Shown piece by piece: positions 19,331 through 27,800 of a stretch of 48,207 nucleotides of DNA. The stretch lies in NCBI GenBank assembly GCA_945868485.1, contig CAMBLS010000001.1:1-48207 (forward strand), in the 5' to 3' direction. Below the pieces are notes generated by a model. It made no database searches, had not been told where the DNA came from, and worked only from the letters and a program-made list of their open reading frames with translations. Position numbers and translations under genes: made by a program. Origin of the DNA: an uncultured Lachnospiraceae bacterium. Its GTDB lineage: Bacteria; Bacillota; Clostridia; Lachnospirales; Lachnospiraceae. Each line of letters starts with the position of its first letter. Position 1 is the stretch's first letter.

Positions 19331-20104
19331 ATGGAGGAATATTATTTAATTTGCCAGGATTCTCTGGAAGGAATTTTTACAGGCATTTATGATGCCTACC
19401 TAAAGAAAAAGCCGCATGAGCAGATTCATATTATTGTTGGAGAGGAAGATAATTATCGTTTGTTCGCCATTTATGAAGAGTGTATTCCTGATGGCAAGAA
19501 GGCGACCAGCGTAGCAAGAACTATTCTGCGAGAGTTTGGGGAGGAGTCATATCTGTCTATATGTCGTGCGTTGGCATCATGTGAGGCAGACAAGGGAGAA
19601 GCAATTTACAAAGCTATTGTGACAGGTTTTGGCATGAGGGACAGGCATCAGCTTATGGGAAATCTGAGGAATCCAGCAGTACACAGGGTATTTGAACTGG
19701 CACGCTTTACAGCCAACGAGGCACACTATCATATAGAATTTTTGCGTTTCAGGGAATTGGAAAATGGAATCCTGTATGCAGAAATTGGACCGAAAAACAA
19801 TGTGATCACTTTTATTGTTCCCCATTTTGCAGGCAGATTTCCATTAGAAAATTTTGTAATATATGATGAAATAAGAGATATCTATGCCATGCATCCGACC
19901 AAAGGGGATTGGTATCTGGTACATGGAGAAGAGGGGATGAATCAGGTGGAGCATATTCTTTCAGAGAGGGAGAAGAAGTACAGCGAACTGTTCTGTCAGT
20001 TTTTTCATACCATAGCAATAAAGGAACGAAAAAATTACAGGCTTCAGCGGAATATGCTACCCTTAAGGTATCGCGAATATATGACAGAGTTTCAGGAAAA
20101 ATAG
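19331..20104 (+). CDS. TIGR03915/DUF4130-type putative DNA repair protein
   Basis: DSLEGIFTGIYD, EAHYHIEFLRF, HFAGRF, IKERKN..LQRNMLP..YMTEF; usual partner of the upstream radical SAM gene. Confidence 0.82.
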   Translation: MEEYYLICQDSLEGIFTGIYDAYLKKKPHEQIHIIVGEEDNYRLFAIYEECIPDGKKATSVARTILREFGEESYLSICRALASCEADKGEAIYKAIVTGFGMRDRHQLMGNLRNPAVHRVFELARFTANEAHYHIEFLRFRELENGILYAEIGPKNNVITFIVPHFAGRFPLENFVIYDEIRDIYAMHPTKGDWYLVHGEEGMNQVEHILSEREKKYSELFCQFFHTIAIKERKNYRLQRNMLPLRYREYMTEFQEK

Positions 20105-20209
20105 TAATATATTGTGCTATGTTTGTAGAAATAACGCAAAAAACAGGGAGAAATAGTATTTTAATATATTAATATATTATTAAAAATTATTATGTATTCA
20201 AAAAAATAC

Positions 20210-20265
20210 TTTACAAATGAGAAATAGGGTGGTAATCTTGCTTCAAGTACTAGAAAACGTTTTTT
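20210..20265 (+). promoter_or_regulatory. Promoter with a downstream cre/LacI-type palindrome
   Basis: TTTACA-17 nt-TAATCT with TG extension; AAAACGTTTT palindrome at 20254-20263. Confidence 0.55.
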
Positions 20266-20300
20266 TAACCTGCATTTTTAGGAAAAGGAAAGGTGATAAT

Positions 20301-20528
20301 ATGATGCAGCGTAAAATAAAACTAAGACTGGATGAAGTGGAGGAATTTGTTTCTGCAGCTTCAAGATGTAACTTTGATATTGATATTTTTTATAACAGAT
20401 ATACAGTAGATGCAAAGTCTATTGTAGGGGTACTAGGTCTTGATTTAACTCAGACTTTGACTGTATCCTATAATGGGTATGATGACCATTTTGAAAAAAT
20501 CTTAAACCAGCTTAGTTTGGCAAGCTAA
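20301..20528 (+). CDS. HPr-family protein (75 aa) lacking the His15 motif
   Basis: FVSAAS..FDIDI....VDAKSIVGVLGL HPr signature; GAAAGGTGA RBS before ATG 20301. Confidence 0.85.
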   Translation: MMQRKIKLRLDEVEEFVSAASRCNFDIDIFYNRYTVDAKSIVGVLGLDLTQTLTVSYNGYDDHFEKILNQLSLAS

Positions 20529-20609
20529 TCTCATTACTAAAGATTTTTTGAATTTTGATTATCGTTAATGATCCTTCTGCATCATTAATAAGTATTTTAA
20601 GTCTCATTG

Positions 20610-20654
20610 ACTCCCTGTAAAAGATAGCGTACTATCTTTTTAGGGAGTTTTCTT
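20610..20654 (+). terminator. Terminator-like hairpin overlapping the helicase RBS
   Basis: ACTCCCT-GT-AAAAGATAG / CTATCTTTT-T-AGGGAGT followed by TTTCTT; ATG at 20655. Confidence 0.7.
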
Positions 20655-23090
20655 ATGGAAATACAGATTTCAGTCAGGAACCTTGTGGAATTCATTTTAC
20701 GTTCCGGCAATATCGACAATCGAAAAGTGGTCTCTCCTGATAATGCCATGCAGGAGGGAGGAAGGATACACCGGATGATACAAAGGCGCATGGGCTCAGA
20801 GTATCATGCGGAGGTTTTTTTGCGCCATTCTTTTGCAACACCTGATTATGAAATTCGTATTGAAGGGCGGGCAGACGGAATTATCATTCAGCCGAATTGC
20901 GAGATAGCAGAAGTTCCGGAGCTGCCGGATGTGGAAATTCCTGTTTCTTATAAGGATATGGTAACAGTTACTATCGATGAGATTAAGGGAACATACCGAG
21001 ATATACACAAGTTGAATGAAGTTATACCGGTGCATCTTGCACAGGCAAAATGTTATGCGTATATTTATGGGAGTCAGAATGATTTAAGAAACATAAGAGT
21101 CAGGATTACCTATTGCAACATAGATACAGAAGAAATTAAATATTTTCATTTTGAATACAGCATAAAAGAATTGGGGGAATGGTTTGACGAGGTAATCAGC
21201 CAGTATAGAAAATGGGCTGATTTTCAGTTCCAGTGGCAGAACCTGCGCCAGCAGTCTATTAAGAATCTTAATTTTCCCTTTGCTTATCGAGATGGACAGA
21301 AGGAATTGATTACCTATGTCTATCAGACTATTTACCATAAAAGAAAATTGTTTATTGAAGCTCCCACAGGGGTGGGAAAGACCATATCAACGCTTTTTCC
21401 AGCAGTGAAATCCATGGGAGAAGGAAGAGGACAGAAAATCTTTTATCTTACAGCTAAAACCATTACCAGAACAGTTGCAGACGATGCTATTGAATTGATG
21501 CGCCAGAAGGGGCTTAAGTTGAAGTCAGTAATTTTGACAGCAAAGGACAAAATCTGTTTTATGGAGGAAACAGAGTGTAATCCTGAGTTTTGCCCCTACG
21601 CAAAAGGGCATTTTGACCGTATTAACGATGCAATCTATGATTTGCTGACTCACGTAGATAATTTTAATAGAGAAACCATTGAGAAGTATGCCGGGAAGCA
21701 TAAGGTCTGCCCTTTCGAAATGTGTTTGGATATGAGTCTGTTTGCAGATACAGTTATTTGTGACTACAACTATCTGTTTGATCCACATGTTTATTTGAAG
21801 CGTTTCTTTTCAGAGGGAATCCGTGGAGAATATATTTTTCTGATAGATGAGGCACACAATCTGGTGGACAGAGGACGGGAAATGTATAGTGCTGTTTTGA
21901 AGAAGGAGGATTTTCTGGCATTAAAACGGGCAGTAAGAGACTACGATGGAAAAATGTACAGACAGCTTGAACGCTGTAATAGGGAACTGCTGGATTTAAA
22001 GAGGGAATGTGAAAATTATAGGTGTCTGGATGATGTAGAAGCAGCTCCCTTTGTAAGAGCGCTGGTAAGACTTTCTACAATCATGGATGATTATCTTGAG
22101 GAACATGAGGAAAGTCCTGTCAGGAAAGAAGTTCTGGAGTTCTATTTTGAGGTTTCTCATTTTCTTCTTATTAGTGATAAGCTGGATAGCAACTATGTGA
22201 TATATACCCAAATGGAGTCGGATGGAGGCTTTAGCATAAAGCTTTTCTGCGTGAATCCTTCCAAAAATCTAAGAGAGTGTATGATGAAGGGGAGAAGTTC
22301 CATTCTTTTTTCAGCAACGCTGCTTCCTATCCAATATTATAAGCAGCTGCTGGGAGCAGAAGAGGGGGATTATGAGGTGTATGCCCACTCTGTTTTTGAT
22401 CCTCGAAAAAAGGGGCTGTTTATTGCCAGTGATGTTACCAGTAAGTATACCAGACGTTCCGACATGGAATATTACAATATTGCAGCCTATATTTATAAAA
22501 TCGCCAACCAGAGAGAAGGAAATTATATGCTCTTTTTCCCTTCTCATGTTTTTTTGCAGAATGTGTACCAGGCTTTTTATCAGCATTTTCTCGACACATC
22601 GCGGATGGACTGTATTTTGCAGGAAGAATACATGGATGAGGAGAGTAGGGAGGCATTCCTTACAAGGTTTGAAAAGAAAACAGAAGCCGGGAATGAGAAG
22701 GCGGGCACACTGCTTGGTTTTTGTGTTTTGGGCGGCATATTCAGCGAGGGAATCGATTTAAAGAATGACAGCCTGATTGGGGCTGTGATCGTGGGAACTG
22801 GGCTGCCTCAGGTATGTAATGAACGGGAGATTCTTAAAAGCTTCTTTGAAAGTCAGGGAGACAATGGGTTTGATTATGCCTATAAGTATCCAGGAATGAA
22901 CAAGGTTCTGCAGGCAGCGGGTAGAGTAATCAGAACGGTGGATGATATTGGCATTGTAGCATTGTTGGATGAACGTTTTCTTACAGCTCCCTATATCAGG
23001 ATGTTTCCCAGAGAATGGGAGACCTATGAACGAGTATCATTGGAACAGATTGAAAAGAGAGTGGAACGTTTTTGGGATGAGTGGCTGTAG
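20655..23090 (+). CDS. Rad3/XPD/DinG-family FeS DNA helicase with an N-terminal PD-(D/E)XK nuclease-like domain
   Basis: N-terminal H, GRADG, DEIK and QAKCY motifs; Q motif YRDGQ, APTGVGKT, four Cys of an FeS domain, DEAH, SAT, SEGID, QAAGRVIR. Confidence 0.88.
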   Translation: MEIQISVRNLVEFILRSGNIDNRKVVSPDNAMQEGGRIHRMIQRRMGSEYHAEVFLRHSFATPDYEIRIEGRADGIIIQPNCEIAEVPELPDVEIPVSYKDMVTVTIDEIKGTYRDIHKLNEVIPVHLAQAKCYAYIYGSQNDLRNIRVRITYCNIDTEEIKYFHFEYSIKELGEWFDEVISQYRKWADFQFQWQNLRQQSIKNLNFPFAYRDGQKELITYVYQTIYHKRKLFIEAPTGVGKTISTLFPAVKSMGEGRGQKIFYLTAKTITRTVADDAIELMRQKGLKLKSVILTAKDKICFMEETECNPEFCPYAKGHFDRINDAIYDLLTHVDNFNRETIEKYAGKHKVCPFEMCLDMSLFADTVICDYNYLFDPHVYLKRFFSEGIRGEYIFLIDEAHNLVDRGREMYSAVLKKEDFLALKRAVRDYDGKMYRQLERCNRELLDLKRECENYRCLDDVEAAPFVRALVRLSTIMDDYLEEHEESPVRKEVLEFYFEVSHFLLISDKLDSNYVIYTQMESDGGFSIKLFCVNPSKNLRECMMKGRSSILFSATLLPIQYYKQLLGAEEGDYEVYAHSVFDPRKKGLFIASDVTSKYTRRSDMEYYNIAAYIYKIANQREGNYMLFFPSHVFLQNVYQAFYQHFLDTSRMDCILQEEYMDEESREAFLTRFEKKTEAGNEKAGTLLGFCVLGGIFSEGIDLKNDSLIGAVIVGTGLPQVCNEREILKSFFESQGDNGFDYAYKYPGMNKVLQAAGRVIRTVDDIGIVALLDERFLTAPYIRMFPREWETYERVSLEQIEKRVERFWDEWL

Positions 23091-23505
23091 AATTCAAAAT
23101 GAAGGAAAATCCAATAAATGACATCGTATTTTAAGGAAAAAATGATTAAGTCATAAATAATGACACATATGTCATTGTGGATAACTATGTGGAAATTGGG
23201 GATTTCTTTGATTTTTGCTAAATTTTAGTAAAATTTCAATAATTGATTTTTAGTCTAAATTTGCAGGATTGAAATTTCAAAATTAGAAAAATACTGAAGT
23301 GGTCAATGGAAATGAGCCTAATATTGACCAAATCCGTACCAGATGGCATTTCAGGCGATTTATAATAGTAGTTCAGTGTGATAGGTCCCTCCAAGTACGC
23401 TGAACGGTTGCAATTTATTGACGTAAAATGTCGGGAAAGATATACACAAAAATGAAAATATGGTAAACTGGAAACAACTGAAAATGAATTTAGGAGGCAT
23501 AAATT

Positions 23506-24816
23506 ATGTGGGCTTACGAAAGTGTTTTTTATCAGATTTACCCCCTTGGATTTTGTGGGGCACCCTTTGAAAACGATGGGGTACTGACAAGCAGAATCAA
23601 AAAGGTAGAGGATTGGATTCCTCATATGAAGAAGCTTGGCGTGAATGCCATTTACTTTTCACCGGTGTTTGAATCTGATACTCATGGATATAATACGAGA
23701 GATTATAAAAAGATTGACACGCGTTTAGGAACCAACGAGGACTTTAAAGAGGTTTGTCACAAATTGCATGAAAACGGCATCCGGGTGGTGCTTGACGGTG
23801 TGTTCAATCATGTGGGCAGAGGGTTCTATCAGTTTCAGGATGTACTAAAGAACCGTGAGCGCTCACCTTATCTCAACTGGTTCCGCATCAGTCTTGATGG
23901 AAATTCCAATTATAATGATGGTCTTTGGTATGAGGGTTGGGAAGGCAATTATGATCTGGTGAAATTGAACCTTCAGAACGAAGAAGTGGTTAATCATCTT
24001 TTGGACGCAGTGAAATACTGGGTGGATGAATTTGATATCGACGGTCTGCGCCTGGATGTGGCTTATTGTCTGGATGAGAATTTTGTCAGAAGACTGAGAA
24101 GCTTTACGAATGGATTGAAGCCGGACTTTTATCTCCTTGGAGAAATGCTGCATGGAGATTATAACCGGATGGTCAATGATGCCATGCTTCATTCGGCAAC
24201 CAACTATGAATGTTATAAGGGATTGTACTCCAGCTTTAACAGCATGAATATGTTTGAAATCGTGCATTCGCTATTGCGGCAGTTCGGACCGGAGAACTGG
24301 ACCTTATATAAAGGAAAACATATGCTGTCCTTCGTGGATAACCATGATGTTACCAGAGTGGCAAGCATTCTGACAAATGAAAAGCATCTGCCTTTGATTT
24401 ATGCAATGTGTTTCGGAATGCCGGGAATTCCCTGTGTATATTATGGAAGTGAATGGGGCGCAAGGGCAAACAAGAGTGAGGGAGACCCCGCACTTCGAGC
24501 CTGCTTTGATGCTCCGGTTTTCAATGAGCTTTCTGAGTGGATCAGCAAGCTGGCAGAAGCAAAGAAAAATTCTCCGGCATTAAATTACGGAGATTTCCGT
24601 TCGGTGCTCTTGACCAATAAGCAGTGTATTTTTGAAAGGAAGACAGAAGGCGAAAGAGTGCTTGTGGCAATCAACGCAGACAGTGAGACATATGTGGCAC
24701 ATTTTGATGCAGGCTGTGGACAGGCTGTGGATCTGATTACCGGTCAGATGCATGATTTTGGCGGTGGCAGTGAGCTGCCTCCCTATAGCGCTTATTTTTG
24801 GAAGATGGAAAGATAG
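23506..24816 (+). CDS. GH13 alpha-amylase family glycosidase (maltodextrin glucosidase/cyclomaltodextrinase-like)
   Basis: HGY, DGVFNH, DGLRLDVA (nucleophile), GE (acid/base), FVDNHD, YYGSE; no signal peptide. Confidence 0.92.
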   Translation: MWAYESVFYQIYPLGFCGAPFENDGVLTSRIKKVEDWIPHMKKLGVNAIYFSPVFESDTHGYNTRDYKKIDTRLGTNEDFKEVCHKLHENGIRVVLDGVFNHVGRGFYQFQDVLKNRERSPYLNWFRISLDGNSNYNDGLWYEGWEGNYDLVKLNLQNEEVVNHLLDAVKYWVDEFDIDGLRLDVAYCLDENFVRRLRSFTNGLKPDFYLLGEMLHGDYNRMVNDAMLHSATNYECYKGLYSSFNSMNMFEIVHSLLRQFGPENWTLYKGKHMLSFVDNHDVTRVASILTNEKHLPLIYAMCFGMPGIPCVYYGSEWGARANKSEGDPALRACFDAPVFNELSEWISKLAEAKKNSPALNYGDFRSVLLTNKQCIFERKTEGERVLVAINADSETYVAHFDAGCGQAVDLITGQMHDFGGGSELPPYSAYFWKMER

Positions 24817-24864
24817 ATGTAAGGATGCAGCTCTTTGAGGCGGCATTTATGAGGAGGATTTGCA

Positions 24865-27800
24865 ATGATACTATTTAATCAGAGGATGGATGAGAATTAT
24901 GCGAGATATTCTGATCTTACAATTCTGTACGATGAAAATTCTTCGGAAGGTCTGACCTATGGACAGTTAAATGACTTGTCAGGGAGGGTCTATCATTTCC
25001 TGAAAGCAAATCATATCGGAAAAGAGGATTTTGTACTGATCAGACTTCCAAGGGGTATTCAGGCGGTTGTTGCCATGATAGGAGTTATGAAATCAGGAGC
25101 AGCTTTTGTCCTTGGCGAAGAAGGTATGCCATTGGAAAGGCTGGAATATATCCGTCGGGACTGTAACTGTAAGTTTGAATTTCATGCCGATAACTGGGCA
25201 GAAATTATGAAGGAGCCCTTTTTGGAAGGACATGAGAATCCGGATAAGCATGATGCCGCTTTTGCAATCTACACCTCCGGGACAACGGGAAATCCCAAGG
25301 GTGTACTTCATGAATATGGCAATATCGACCGGGATCTGATTGCACAGAGGGCGGTGGATATGCCTTTTGCAGAAGGAAAAGAAAGTGTCGCAATTATCAC
25401 GCCGTTATATTTTATCGCTGCAGTTTCCTCCTTTGTTTCCCGTTTGTATACGGGTTATGTAACCTATATTTTGTCCTATTCAACCATCAAGAATTCTGCT
25501 GCACTTAGGAGTTTCTTTGAAGAGAAGCATATTACATCGGCGTTTCTTTCTCCCTCCTATGTGCGTGCATTCGGAAGAGAACTTACCAGTGTCTTGAAAA
25601 CACTGTCTGTTGGCAGTGAGCCGGTAAACAATCTTTATATTGAAGGCCTGAATATGGTAAATACCTACTCCATGTCGGAGTGCGGCTTTTTAATTTGTAT
25701 GTTCCCTATTGATAAGCCCTACGAAAACTGCCCTGTGGGGAAACCCCTGTTTGATCTGAAGCTGAAATTAGTTGACGAAGATGGCAGGGAAGTAGCAGAT
25801 GGAGAGTCAGGGGAGCTTTGTGTGGAAGATCCCTATGTGAGAGGATATATGAATCTTCCGGAACAGACTGCTAAAGTCTTCGTGGACGGATTTTTCCATA
25901 CAGGAGACATTGCCAGAAAAGACGAAAATGGAAACTACGTTCTTCTGGGAAGAAATAATGATATGATAAAAATTAATGGCAACCGCATTGAGCCTGCGGA
26001 AATCGAAGCAGCAGTCAGAGATGTGGCAGGTCTTTCCTGGGTTGCCGCTAAGGGGTTTGTGGAAGAAGGACATGCCTATATCTGCGCTTACTATACAGAG
26101 GATGTAACCATAGATGCCAATGAAATCAGAAAAGCTTTGGCAAACAGACTTCCTTATTATATGATACCTGCCTATTTTATCAAGCTGGATGAGGTTCCCC
26201 TTAATCAAAATGGAAAGCTTGACCGCCGCAGGTTAAAGAGCCCGGACAGCGCAGCTTTTCACAGGGAATATGTAGCGCCCTCCACAGAGACGGAAAAGAT
26301 TCTCTGCGTAGGAATGGAAAAAGCTTTAGAACTGCAGCAGGTGGGTGTGAATGACGATTTCTTCATGATCGGAGGAGATTCCATTAAAGCAATTAAGCTT
26401 GCAGGAGATTGTAAGGAAATCGGTGTTACCGTGGATATGATTTTTCAGGGAAGAACGCCCGGAGAAATCGCTGTTCTGCTGGAAAAGAACAAAACTCCAA
26501 AGCATACCGTCAGGGGAGAAAAGAGAACGGACGGATATTCACCTCTTACGCCTTCAGAGTGTGGCATGTATCTGGAACAGAAAATGGAACCGGAATCCAC
26601 TGAATACAATCTGAATATTGGGATTGTTATTAGTGGGGCATCACAGGAAGCTGTAGAGAATTCCTTAAGAACGATTTTAAAAAGCCATGAGGCATTTCAT
26701 TCTTATTATGGAGAGGAAAACGGAGTACCCATGAGAATCCTCACGGATACTATGCCGGAAATCCTGTGGAAGGATGCCGGCAGCAAGGAGGAGGTTCAGC
26801 ACATTGTAAATACATATGCTGTTCCCTTTGATCTGTCGAAGGTGCCTCTTAACATCACTGCATACAGGATTCCGGAGGGACAGATTATTATACATTTTGC
26901 GATTCATCACATTGCATTTGATGGTGGAAGCACCTCCGTACTTGCAGAGGAATTGTATCAGCTGTTAACAGGTGAGGCAATTGATACTGCAGGACTTGAC
27001 CTTTCAGATCTTTCCGGCATAGACCGCACGGAAGAATATGAGGAAGGCCGCAGATATTACAGGGAAATGTTTGAGGACGGTGTGCCGGTCAATGAAATGC
27101 CTGTAAAGGGCATAAGACCTAAGATGCATCCCGCTACAGATTCGATGATAAGCTTTATCTTGGAAAAGGAGGGGCTGGAGGTCATAGAAACAGCTGCCAA
27201 GCGGATGAAAATGACTCTGTTTGAGTTCCTTTTTGCCGCTATTTCCATGGTTCTTGGAAAATATTGCGGCAGTGAGGATGTGGTAATTGGAATCCCCTCC
27301 AATATGAGAGACCAGGATTCCCGCAACGTCATTGGAATGTTTGTAAATACAGCTCCAATCCGTGTAAAGCCGGAGCGCTCCAAGGATTTGGAGGCTTACC
27401 TGGAAGAGGTTTCAGCGTCCATCCGTGCGGTTACAAGAGGCTCCTATCTGCCTTTCTCGGAAGTGGTAAGGGAATTTGTTCAGGAAAGAGACACATCCAG
27501 ATCGCCGATTTTTGATGTGATTGTGAATTATCTCCCACCCGTGGAACCACGCAGGAAGGGTGAAATTTGTGTTGACTTTTTTGCACCCCTGCAACAGATC
27601 AAACGGGATATGGTCATTACCATGCATAAGGGTGCGGAGCAGCTTGAGTTCCACCTTCAGTATTCGAAAGAACTGTTTGACGATTCTTTGATCAACCATT
27701 TTGTCCAGCAGATCAGGCATACCCTTACGCTGATGAGCAGTCAGGATCACGGCATGGTCGGAAAAATGCTTGCACTGCCCAAGGAGCAGGAAATACTTTT

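Noticed and set aside
20655-23090. Type IV CRISPR CasDinG or Cas4 system
   Set aside because: No cas genes or array are present, and the architecture fits a chromosomal Rad3-like helicase.
23176-23290. Replication origin
   Set aside because: Only one perfect DnaA box, and no dnaA/dnaN/gyr neighbourhood.
23236-23625. 129-aa minus-strand ORF across the intergenic gap
   Set aside because: It overlaps the GH13 start antisense, with no RBS or protein-like features.
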